Shown: positions 37,779 to 53,400 of the stretch, piece after piece | Numbering within the stretch: position 1 is the stretch's first letter | How the letters are laid out: every line of letters begins with the position of its first letter | DNA from: Balanoglossus misakiensis | Taxonomy: Eukaryota > Animalia > Hemichordata | Direction of reading: 5' to 3' | Assembly: GCA_040954595.2 (NCBI GenBank) | Contig: CM082579.2 | Location: forward strand, 7,119,625 to 7,183,624 | DNA length: 64,000 nt | Made by a program: the position numbers and the translations under genes | The notes under the pieces: model-generated | The model's database searches: none | Told to the model about the DNA's origin: nothing | Seen by the model: only the letters and a program-made list of their open reading frames with translations

Positions 37779-38407
37779 ACAATTTGAGAGGTAGATGACT
37801 GTTCTAGCTTTATTTTTGCCGGAGTTACAAGAACTTAAGTTTCCCCTACCCTTAAATCTGAGTGGAAAATTGGATGTCTTTCTGTCGTTTCTCCTCATTT
37901 GTGTTTTTCTGGTCATAAATGAATAATAAGATTTTCTATTGGTTTGAAATACATTCTGGGAGAGTATTTTATCTTCTAAATGACATTTAAAGACTTACGT
38001 TCAAAAAAATCGTTCAAGAAATAGTCATACTACAAATTTTCAGAATGACCCAAATTTCATGACCTTTTGACCTCTATTGACCTCAATTCAAAACGGATTA
38101 CCACTAAAATATATTATATTGGTAGAGTTCTAAAAAACACACAATTTGAGTGGTAAATGACTGTTCTGGCTTTAGTTTTGCTGGAGTTACAGCAATTTAA
38201 AGTTCCCCTACCCCCAAAATTTGGGTCGGAAATTTTTATGTTCTTACATTAGTTTTTGAGGGGAAAAATGCAGAAAGCTACTCGATAGGCAGGGCTATCA
38301 CCCCAATTTATAATCTAGAGATATAGGCCTTTCCAAAAAACCACATGAGGCTTTGTCCATCTTTCTGATACCAATTCATGAAAAATCGGGTCCTGGCCCA
38401 TGGACTA
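37779..38407 (-). repeat. Right long terminal inverted repeat of the Academ element
   Basis: Reverse complement of 31715-~32333; inner boundary approximate. Confidence 0.9.
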
Positions 38408-38782
38408 TAATAGCAAATACTGTCAAAATTCAGTTATTATATACACTCTCTACGTAGAGGGCACCCTATACTCAAACATTGGCATCTGTTCAAGTTTTCG
38501 AATTATGAGGAATTCCACCGGTTCTTGGTACATTCAATGACACCATTCAGCTGTCTGTGGCTTTTAAGCTGTCAAGGATTAGTCCAACGGGTTCTCTTTA
38601 TTTAGCCTGAAATAAAAACGAGCCTACTTTTTGCGATTTTCCATTTTCAGTTACACATACACTTTTGCTTTCATCACGATATGTGTACATTAACTTTGGA
38701 TTGTTTAGGTCGATCTGGACAAGTGAAAGCATACATGTATATTAACATCGTGAAAATCATTAAGAGTTGAAATTGAGCCTAC

Positions 38783-39130
38783 CTGTGTTAATGAACCGCA
38801 CTTAGATCAGCGATCGACAACGGAAATAATATTGGCCACCTGTGGCCCCGCTGACTGCAAACAACAGCTGGGTGATGAAGCTAAAAGTTGGAATGGATGG
38901 GGTAGCTAGCGGGTGATGTTGGGGAACAACCGATCATAGGATACCAACGTCAAAATCAGCACAAAACAAACAAATTGCGGCAAACACTGTTCTTCATGCA
39001 GACTATTCAATACATAATCATGCTGGATGTGGCGCAAAGACATCGAAAACCAGAAAAAAATTCCCTGCCTCCTTTACGATACACGGACCTCAATCCCGAT
39101 TGCAACGTACAAACAGACCGCCATGTTGAT
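38783..39130 (-). other. Probable non-coding first exon/promoter region of STXBP4
   Basis: Donor CAG|GTAGGC at 38783/38782, a CpG-richer stretch and a YY1-like CAACATGGCGG near 39119-39129. The ATG exon of STXBP4 starts at an acceptor (30819/30818), so an upstream exon is needed. Confidence 0.5.
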
Positions 39131-40424
39131 GTTTAGCTTGATGAATATTCATATCAATCTTGACTCATCACAGCTGCGGCGAGGTACACGCCCAACGAAA
39201 GGGATAATACATGAGCAGATGCACAGAGGTCAGGGAGTTTTTGCAACAATACATGCATTGTCATAAGATCTAACTGAAATGGATAAGCTGAATCGGTTTC
39301 TATGTTTAATTTTTTCATTGAAATCGAAGTACTAGTTTATTCCCGGCGTGAACAAGGCGAAACCAAACGAGTGAAGTGGCAAGGGAAAGTGGTACAACTG
39401 CGTCGCTTGGTGGCGCCATCTACGTGCAAGAGTGCTTGTTCGTGTTGTCCATATCTCATCAATATCCGGACAAATATTGATACAACAGTTCCTTTCATAA
39501 TCGTATTTTGCATTTGTAACGCAAGAAGTCCAGTATAAATATCTCTGTTTTCATTCATCTGGTCATTTCATTATTTTTTTTAAATTGGAAGCAATTAGTA
39601 CAATCATGACACTCCACAAACAGGCAAATCAATATTCCGAATACTGTTTATTCATTTGCTGTAACTCAAGAAGTTCGAGTATCATAAATTCATCACATGC
39701 TGCTTTGAGCTTTCATTACCTCAGAACACAAAGAAGTTAAACTTGTTTATGAACTGTAGCATGCTGAGTGACGCACTAGGAACAAAAGTTGACATGGCTG
39801 CCATTGTACATCAATCCTTGAATCGTAGACCTTGACCATCTCTGTATATTCCTACACAGAACATTCAGGACCCAAACAAGTACACATACATGTACATGTA
39901 AACAGAGACCATTCATCCTTGATGAAAACAATGCAGTTTTATAGTACTATTGTGGAAAGCATGTCTGGTATATTGGTACATTCTGTCACTACAGTATTGT
40001 TACATGTCATATATGCAGGAAGTATCACAGAATCTCGAAACCCTGCCCCGGCAATTTTCACAATTGCGTCAACTGACAAAAAATTCAGAATTCATTAAAA
40101 ATTTTGCATGTTATATGAAAAATTTAGTTTGTAGATATGAATTATGATATTGAGGCAAGGCTGAGAGAATACAGTATAAGAAGCTTCAGTACATTTCCCC
40201 CTGGTGATGCGCCCTCTGGGGGCAAAGAATAAAACTGCCTGTCCATATACTTGTACACACCCCTCAAATGCATGTTACATCTCTATACTATTTAAAATTT
40301 AATCGTGACTTTTTCTGAAAAAATTGCTTTCTGTCTGACTTGGTAATGGCCTCAGATTGCTTTGCAAAAAAAAGGTGAATCAGAGAAGCGAGCTAACAAA
40401 TGCTTATTCTCTTCTTCAGTAACA

Positions 40425-43364
<2,940 letters not shown>

Positions 43365-43599
43365 CTTGTTGTGAGTTCAAAGAACACTGTAAATTTGAAA
43401 ATTGAATGAAACTGGTTGGGGAAATAGAGTCAAATAGTCATCTGCATCACAGACATATGCACACGTTCGTAGGATGTCTGTTGACGGTAAAGATCGGGCA
43501 GTGGTCCAGACACCGAATACGGAAACGCGTATTCGAGTAGATCGACTATAATCTTGCATGAATATTCTATGAAAAAATCAATGGGTTCAACAGCTTACA

Positions 43600-44443
43600 T
43601 CGATTTGTTGTGTTTTTACACACCGGTTCTAGTTCTTGATCGTGCTACCAGCTGTACGGCGTGGACGTCGTTGACAAGATTTCAAGACCTCCTAAGTAAG
43701 CAGAAAAAAATACATGCGGACCATTTCTGAAACATTCTGGGATCTAGATATTATTTTTGAAATAGTTTTGGAACGCGCTTTGATGACTGTTGTATACTAG
43801 TATTTACCATGATAAATAGTACGCACCACATAATGTTGAATTTGTTTGTAGTTCCGGATTTGCTCAGGATGGCAAGCTTAGAGGGTCCGGCAATGATGTC
43901 CGAAATGATATTGAGGGCGCTATTCAAACACACAAAGTAGAGAAGAACTCTACCTCCTTCAAGGGTTGGAATGAAAACGGCTTTCAATATACCATATTTG
44001 GCCTTCAGAATCAGAACAATGTTTTGGAAGTATCTCTAGTCTAATGTAATAATGAGGTTATCATCCCTTTGCTGCAATGATTGTAGCGAGTGCTGCCAGG
44101 TTGACTGGTGTGTTCGCAGGCAGCCCATACAACACACCAGTCAACCTGGCAGCACCCGCTAAGATCATTTCAGTTAATCATCCCCTGTTCTGTTTTAGGA
44201 GCACTTCAATGATTTCTTATTGCAACTAGACTAGCCATCATTCTCCATCACCGGAGTGCAGTCAGTGCGCAGCCAGTGGCAGAACGAGAAAAGGTTGTTC
44301 ATTGCTCAACTTTCTCGACGTCACGCATGCGTAACACGGAAGTTTAGCGCCATCTTAGTGGTGATCGTGTTGATGTTATTTTAAGCGATTTTGCCGAACA
44401 TTTGGGATTTTAATTCACGAAGTAACGTCAACCAGTGCCCACC
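43600..44443. promoter_or_regulatory. Head-to-head promoter region between ZNF330 and the GRAF-family RhoGAP
   Basis: Divergent ATGs at 43364 and 44444. CRE-like CGACGTCA, NRF1-like CGCATGCG, ETS CGGAAGT and YY1-like CGCCATCTT cluster at ~44315-44357. Confidence 0.55.
44084..44161. repeat. Hairpin with perfect 25-bp stem and 16-nt loop, TA-flanked
   Basis: 44090-44114 (GTGCTGCCAGGTTGACTGGTGTGTT) is the exact reverse complement of 44131-44155. Confidence 0.9.
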
Positions 44444-47400
44444 ATGGGCCTTTTACCACTGGAATTTAGCGACTGTTATTTGGACAGTCCGTACTTCCGC
44501 GAGAATCTACACCAGCACGAACAAGAGTTGGATCGGACGAACCATGCAATCAAGCAACTGATCAAGGAGTGTAAGGCTCTGCTGAATGCTGCCAGAGGTA
44601 AGGGACCCCAGACTTCAGACCACCTAGAATTGTTTTGCGTGTATTTTCAAAACGATCCGCTTAAAAGTTGACTGAAACAAAATGCTTGGCGTGGGCATAT
44701 TGTACCAACAATCCCGTCAAAGTGAAACGTACTGAAAAAGGGAATGTTAAGTTGTGAGAGCGCTCAGTCCCAAAAGTGTAACACAGGCTCGGCCTACAGA
44801 CTTAGTCTCTCCCGGATCCCATCGTATTCATTAGAAGAAGGGCGGTTCCGTCGGTATGCACACTTTAGAAAGTTATTTCTTTACATGGCATGGCAGTCGG
44901 GGAACGGATCATAGAACTAAAGCACTGTCTTATATCGTTCTCGCATAGAGCTGTAAAAACCCTGTGGATTCGCAATGAATGGATCCATTTCGCCTTCGTG
45001 AAATCAACAACGCTATGTTCAGTGTCACGTCAGTGACAGTGTGTGTACACATGACTGCGTCGGCCTCACGCGATGATCAGTGACAGAACCGGGAAGAGCT
45101 TCAATACACGTAGTGTAGTAGTACACTAATACTATAGTATTTTATTTCCCACTATAGTCACTCCTGTAGGCTGGTTGTCAGAACTTTCCTGTATGTGTTT
45201 ACGTAGGAAGTTCCTTCCATGTGAAGCGATAAAGATATCCCACATGATTTATTCCATTGCTCCCTGTGGATCAGTCAGTCAGAATGAGAGTCTCAGAGTC
45301 AAAAGTCGTCCCTTGTTCAGCGAAAGAAAGAATCCCGTTGTAGCCTAGACCTTTTGGAATGCAGCAAACTGTACACCCGCTTTACATCGGGTGACCTCTG
45401 CTGATACCATGCACCATGATGTCATGACTATGCAATGTGAAACTTCTCATGACTGACATGTACTGTCCACGTTGTCAGTCTGGGCTCTACCATGGCAACA
45501 ACAATGACATGTATCATTTTTGGAGGCGATGTCAAGATTGAGAGATTGACAGTTCTGAAAGTGATAGTTAAACTTGTAGAATGTACCAGTAAAGGAATAT
45601 GGTTTCTCCTGCATAGAATATTATATTATTTTGCCTTTCACATATTTTTGTACTTCTTTGATATTGAGTGTGATTATCCATCTTTGGGAAAACCTGTGTA
45701 TTATTAATAGTGTCAAGTGCAAAATTACAAATAAAGTCATTAACATGCAGGCATTCCAAAAGAAGCATTTGTCCTTAGTGGTGTTAATGAATATTAATTA
45801 AAGTCACTTCAGATACAGTTATATGGATTAGGCATTATGCAATGTGTGTCCACTAAAGTCAGGTCTTTTGACTGTGACCATAACCTGCTTTCATTGATAT
45901 CCATTGTTCTTAGTGTCTGGTACTACTGGGGATTGGAGTTGAATGCTTGGATCACAGCCGCTAGAATTTCTGCCTGAGCACACCCGGTATTTGCATTAAT
46001 GGCTTAAATACTGTAAATTCCTCATTGTAAACTTGATCGCTTGAAAGATTAGACACCCTGTCAAGCACAGTGACATTACACTTGATCAGTTTTTCCTTTA
46101 ATTAATATGCATGCTCAATGGGTAATAAACACAAACTATTGGTTAGAAAGCATGTAATTTGGCATTGTCTTAACTCTTATTACTAAAGAACACTTGCTGG
46201 CCTGAGAGTTGCTGGACAAGCTACTGCTCAATGTAAGTAATGGTTCAGAAAAAAGTGAAATATACAGAGTTAGTACAACCATAGGAGAGATATCAAACGG
46301 TACACCAGCTTGTAATTTTCTAAACATTCAACATCCAGGGTAACTCTATTGTTCATGTGATTATGGAGAGGATAAATTAAGGCAAGGCTGGGATAGCTTG
46401 GCAGCAGAGTATTGAAAACAGAACATTTATATGAGTATGCCAGGTTATAAATCCTGTAGAATGACTCATAGCAAGTGTGAAGTACCTGTCAATGACCTGT
46501 GTAAGTGCCCTGCTATTGTGAAGTGCTATCATTAAAAGCAGGTTTTATTTAGCTTTTTGAATTTTTTTTAGCTTTTTTAAATACTTTTATTTATTTTTAG
46601 CATTTTAAAACTGTTTTGGATACATTTAGTTCATTTATATCTCTAGTTATGTTTGTGTACAGGTTTGATTTGTGATAGGCAATTATAAATTCAAAGTATC
46701 CACATGATTGCCAAAGTGTTATAATCAATCATGACACTTGTAATTTTACAATGGTTCATTACACATCATCGACGATTCCATCTGGTTGTACTTAATTCAG
46801 AATTCATATTGTCCAGTTTAAAATGTACCAGCGTATCAAAGTATAATTGTCCAGTGTATTTATGAGTTATGAAACTAATGTTAAGTAGGATTCACTGAAG
46901 ATTTGCAATTTAATATAATAATTGCAGGTGGATTTAACACTGAAATTTACGTACATGTACGTACTGAATTTTACATGTTGCATATATAATATATGTTGGG
47001 TATCTAAAAGTCTTAGACTAATACAGTTTGGAGTTGCTCCTGCAGTGTATTTTGTTTTTGAAATATTTTTCTGTGAAATATTACGCGCAGGTAATAATTG
47101 CCTGAAGATAAACTGATAGGTTTCCAACTTAATATATGACCGATAACTGGAAACGAGCACTTGAAAAACATGACATCAATTTATGGCTGTTGGATTTACT
47201 CTCCTGATCCATTCTAATATTGCACAACACAAACCCCAAGTTGGCCATATTTTACAATGAACGAAAAACAAATCAAGATCTATGGATAACAGATGCAACG
47301 TACATTGTACCAACAGGATAATTTTAGAAAATTCTATTTTATAAATTGCGATTTTCATGCGAGAGTTATTAAAACTTGCACGCTGTAATGATATGAGACT

Positions 47401-50400
47401 TTCAGCCTGTCCCTGGCGCGTTAATAGTGTGAATTTGTATTCTTATTGCCTGAGGCAAACAGGATAATTCTATGACAGCATCTTGTATATTTGCCCTTAG
47501 ATACAGCCAGAATATAATTACCCTTTGCAATTTCATCTCATCTTGACAAAGTCATATATATTTCCCGATAATCTCCTTTGCAGTTAAACAGTGTGCAAAA
47601 TTTTAATACAATTATAAATCAGAATGCTGGGTTCATATGGATTCTTTGCTGGTACACATAATCGCTAATTTATACATCAGAGTGCACTAAATCAGTACAA
47701 TATTCAATCGTTACCTTATCAAGCTGTTGTAACACTCAGGATTTAAAGTTCCTAGCCTCGTAATGACATCTTGTGAAATTGATTGCGTTTGTTGCAATCT
47801 GGTGACAAGTTTCAAAGATATTGAGAAACTGCGCAATCACTGTATTGACATATGAGAGAACATAGCTATGAACACGTGTATTTGAAATGTTATCAGTGCG
47901 GGCATGTTACATGTAGGATAACACAACGATGTGATACATGTCATTGCTCGTAATGTCTGTGTGTAGGGTCAGTAAGATTTCTCAGTCTCTCTGCTGGTGC
48001 CAAAGTTCAGATAAGACTTTAATAATAGATGGGTATGTCCTCTATACCTCTTACAGTGTCTCTCTGTGAAGGGTGTGTGACCTACGTATGCTTTTGTATT
48101 GGTTCACCCAAAGCCTGCAGATTGTAAAGTGATGCCTACAAACCCAACAAAGAAAGTCTGTGTACCAAATGGAGGACTTTGTGACCCCACAAAGTGCAAT
48201 CACCAAATGAAAGTTTAGCCTCTTGTACACTCAAAACCAACACTTGGAAAAATACACGCCAAGTAAGATGTACAGATGTGTTGTGTTGTTGTTTACAAAG
48301 TGTACTTATCAGAATACTGTTTTTTTTTGTGTTTCAGGTTTGTCCAAGGCACAGAGAAGTTTTTCGGACACGCTGAGAAATTTCAATTTCGAGACGATCG
48401 GAAATAACCAGACTGATGATGAAATCGTCATTGGTGAGTGTTGGGTGTATGTTTTGCACGGAAAATCAAGCAATGATGTCACTGACTCTGAGTGACTGAC
48501 AGTAAATCGTTTGACACCTCTCACCAGGTTTATTGACGATCGCTGTAACATAGAGTGATTGCTTCAATACAGTATAGTTCCCACCCATTTGGCCTTGTGT
48601 TACATTTACACAAAAAACACACACATGCCGGATGATTACAGCAATGACGGAAATAAGAATATTGGCAGGCCGCTGTGTGTTTGCCTGCGTCGCATCACGT
48701 CACGGTTTGTGTAGAGTTCAGTCTACCCGTCTGGTGTCCCCATTCATTTCCGCCTTTCTTTTATAGCCTCGACTTTTAAAGTTCCGTGAGCGTAATAAAA
48801 GAGGTTAACTTTTCATCTGTAAACACGCTGCTGCGCCAAGCAACCTTGAACCTGGTTTTTAGCGCCATTGTGCAGGCAGGTAATCCTTTGTCAAGAAAGG
48901 GGCGTTACATGTACACCGCTTGATGCTGCGGAACGCAAAAAAATATTTCGGGGAATGGAAAAAAAAACGTGAAGTGTTACACCTGCTAGTTTTGTTTGCC
49001 TGGTCGCCGATTTCTTGTACAATATCGAGTTTCAAATGAAATGTTTTGGTGTTTTTTTGCACTTACATTTTCCAGTGCTTATTTGCACAGGCAGTGATTC
49101 TGCCAGTAGAATTTCCCCTCAAGGTGAAATACCGTGTAGTCAGTGAAGTTAACACGGGGGATGAATAGCAAGGATGAAATAGGGGACCTATGTATTACAT
49201 TCCCAGATACAGGTAGTTACATCGCTTGGCACGATTATGTAAGATTTCTAACTCCTGTAGCACTTGACACAGGGAAGAAAATTTTATTCTTTTGATAGAA
49301 TTCCTATCATTACAGGGTTCTTCCCAGAAAAAAAATAATATAGAGTAGTGGCTAATTTGCATAACTATACAAGTTATTGTTATGGTAATGAATTTGTCTT
49401 TTTTGCCAAAAATAAAGAGTGGAAGCCAGTACTCTATAGTACGTACTCTGGGGAGAACACTGCATTATAAGTATTATCATAAGTTACCAGTTGCAAGGCA
49501 TAGTTTATCACATACTGAATGTTGAAATTCATGTCAAAATTCATGTCAAAATCATATTTTGTAATACAGCAGGTATCGTGAATAGCATGTGAAAAGAAAC
49601 GCAAACAGCCAGCAGGAAAAGGCCATGTTTTATACATGTTAGGTGTGCTTGGTGACACCGTCATCATCACTTGGTGGACCTGTTCAACAAACAAAGCTGG
49701 CCCGGTAGAATGTTACGAGCAACACCTCAGGCTATCCAGCATAGTGGTCGGCGTATGTCTGGATTTAGTTCGGGCTGGCAGCAAACTACTGAAGTGTGCA
49801 TGGTGTGTGTGCCAGCACGCTATCTGGTTGATCTACAGATATTCATTGAAGTGTCCATGTCGTCAGAGATCCGGTTCAGAAAGTGCTAAACCTATGAATG
49901 CGGTGTACCCAGTCATCTATGTGTGTATTGGAATGATACCGGATGTAAATAAAGTAACTACAATGTACATGTTCTGGTGTCCTGGTTCGATGTTGTGAAT
50001 TATACACTATGTACATGTAAGTGTGATTGATTTCTGTTGATTGAACAAATCCTGTGATCTGTCTGTTCCCAATAAATTGTGCCTAAAAAGCGTAATATCT
50101 TCAACATAGGATGTACAGGTACAATGGGCACAATTTCCCTGATTGTGACAAATTGGCTGGTAGTTTGTGTAATGAATCTGCTGTAAGGAAAGGTGCTTGT
50201 TGTGTTTTTGCTGGTCTTTACAACATGTAGAACAGTGGCAGTCTAGAGTAAGGTGAGTACAATGACTCTGTCAAAGTATAGTGTCATGTAATTTGTCATT
50301 AAATAGACAGTGAAACCCAGAAATCTTTAAGAAAAAATATTCCGTGGAATTTCGTCTCAAAATTTCAAAAGTTTTTGAGAGTATCACACACGAGAATTTG

Positions 50401-53400
50401 CAGAATATAAACCAAGATGACCTCAGTATAGTGGCCCCTATTTCCTAGCTGTGCTCCAGTCACTTGTGTTTAAATCCAAACAGTGGTCCTATTCAATTCT
50501 TGCATGAGAGCACTTTCACATTCTGTATGTGGGCAATCTGTCTCCGTTTGATGAGTCATGGAATACCCAGCCTACATGTACATGAATTTGTCTGTACGTT
50601 GGAGTGATGTCTCCACTTTCAGAGCTCCTTGAAAGCAACTCTTTCACGTATCACAAGGAAACCCTGCCCTGGTTTAAATACAGTCACCCCAACTCCTGTT
50701 GAATGTAACGCACCTGCACCCACCAAAAAAAAAAACCCATGGCATTCTTTGAACGTCTTTGTGACACAGTTACTTTCATTTCCATGAGCCGTGACATGTG
50801 GGTGTGGGGGGTCACTCCGTCTTTGTTTATTTGAAAGATGCATTGAAGCATACACTGACATCTTGATGATGTGAAGTACTAGTTGTGTACTTCATGAAGT
50901 ATGCTTAAATTAAAACCATGGCATAAGACGGGTTAAATCCCATCTAATTAGTATCTATCCACACATGTAATCTTATGTATATTAGGGTTGTCCTATAGGT
51001 GCACCTGTACCTGACCCTAACCTGTGTTGTGTAGTGTATCCACTAGTAACTGACTGATAATATTGACAATGGGATCGTAAACCACTAGCACAGCTATTTC
51101 TGTGGGGACTAGTGGCTTGTTTACAGTAAAGATAAAACAACTCTTTGAAATTGCTTTCTTTTTGCATTGTATGGGGGTTCTTTGAAGCAGTCCCATTCCC
51201 AGGGTTCAGTGAAGGGTGCTAAATATTTCTGAGTAATACCAGCCTTCTGTTTTACTCAGAAAAATTTCTCATTGACTCTGGAGTGGTGCAAGTAACATAC
51301 AATAGTACTCTTGTGTTTAAGGATGGTAAAGCTTAGTATTTGATGTGTTGGGCAGAGACTGCCATGCCAGCCATGGTAAAGCACAACATGTATTACGATG
51401 TACATGTACAAATGTAAAAATATACATATAGTGATATGTACAAATTCAAACGCTGTATGTTCTTAGATAAGTGATGTCACATAGGGTCTATTGTGATGCC
51501 ACACCAAAAACCAGTGCATTGAAGGTCAGTCACCGAGACTGCTAAATTCGACTCTTAAACAAACTTTCCGAATCCGATACACCAAACTCCTGGCATTTTT
51601 CAATATAGAGTTGAAACCGAGCCAAAGCAACTTTTTTAAAAGCGGAAACTGATAACAAAGAAGGTATTCTTTCAGCATACTTCTGTGGATTGAAGTATGA
51701 AAAAAGTTAGTGTTCCATCAGTTTGAGTCTATTGACTTTTTAAAATGGGGCAGGTCGTCTCACCATCACCAGGTGGAGTGACCACCTCACCTGGTGTGGA
51801 GTGACTGGGGGGACATATCTTCTCATTTAGAGGACTACAATTCAATTTTGTGGTGTTCTGAAATTGACTGAGTAAGATTCATAAAGATCCCATTTTCAAC
51901 ACAGTGAAAATATATGGATGCATAATTTACTGATTTGTGGAGAGTACATGTACATATGTATGCACGGCGCTGTATTTTTAGTGCTGAAAATAATGTGAAT
52001 TTCATTTTGCTGACTTGTTCATCAGAGGTCTTTTAAAAAAGTGCTAAATTTTTTATATTTATATATATAAATTGTACATGCATATAAATTTATTCCTAAT
52101 AGTAAATCTGAAAAGATTGTAAATTGATAAATAATCTGATCAGTTTCAGTCTGAGTTATCAGTTTTGTGGGACCACTCCTTTCGACCATGGGAAATCTAT
52201 ATCCATCAAATATTTTATGAGGCCCGACCTGTTGTCATGGAAATAGCCAATCACATGCAACAAACACAGAAGCGATGGATAATTCATCAAGGAAGAAACC
52301 GTAGAATATGTAAAATACTGCAAGGTTTACATTTATAGATTGTGTAGTAGATGAAGGGAGATTTATTTTTGTATTTGCTGTACATGTATCTCTGGAAGGC
52401 TACCAGTGAACTTTTAGTGTACATGCAGTACATGTATGAACCACAGAAATATAGGAGATTTACATGATTTCTCATGTACTTGACACCATAAAACATACTC
52501 GTCATTTATGTATTCAGAAACTAGGCCGGGGAAACAATATCCACCCAATTTGGATTTCACCTGCTAAAACTTGATATCTACTATAAAGGATGATAAATGA
52601 CACATGATGTCATAGAATATCAAGATAATGATATTTGTATGAATGGCACGGTCTCCTGTTTGGTAATATAATCAGTGTCAATGCTCTGAAGCTGGTATAA
52701 ATAGTTACAATACTACGTAATGATGTCACTCTAAATAAATCACTGATTGTAATATAGTTAGTGCTACATTTTGATTCAGGCACAAACCAATTGACTTTAG
52801 GGGGTGTTAAAAATTGTGAAAACGTGAGAGGGAACTTTGATCTGTTGACAACAGACATAATTCTCCAGCAGTAAACCGGGAGGCAGCCGTCTGTTTTTCC
52901 CTTTTAGTGTGCTTCTTCACAAACATTGAAACCCTGACCAAGTTGTATCGAAACAACAACAACATGCCTGGCATGTATTCACGCCCTGCATTCAATCATC
53001 CGCAATTGGACACGTAGGGTACATGGTCACAGTTGCCATTCAATTGATCTCAGCCGTGCCCTGTCTTGTGTGAAAGGCAGAAATCATCCAATTGTCATCC
53101 GACCTTTGACCCCCAAGCAGTTATCATTCCGGTGTTGGTTTCCTAACTGTAATTGATTTGTCGTGGATGAGGTCACTATTGGCCGACATGTTTACTGTGA
53201 GATTTACTACACAAGTATAACAACGGTACATCAGACATTTGATCTACTGTGATAATCATTTTATACCTCGAAATGGAGAAGATATAGTGTATGAAATGTA
53301 CATACAAGGAAAGGAAACATACATTTACCCGTACTTACGGTTACCCATCATTCCACTCAGTGTATGGATCCCCATGTTTAAAATGTTTGCCTTATAAATT

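Larger units (their letters stand above)
31715..38407 (-). mobile_element. Academ-type (XPG-nuclease-bearing) DNA transposon, 6693 bp
   Basis: Termini TAGTCCATGGGCCAG...CTGGCCCATGGACTA with TAA on both sides (31712-31714, 38408-38410). Near-identical inverted repeats of ~620 bp flank one large internal transposase gene with XPG-like and Cys8 domains. TAG ends, 3-4 bp TSD, long TIRs and this domain set are characteristic of Academ. Confidence 0.9.

Noticed and set aside
31711-38411. Alternative boundary: AGT..ACT ends with 5-bp ATAAT duplication
   Set aside because: Formally compatible with the sequence, but TAG ends with a 3-bp TSD match known Academ structure; other copies would settle it.
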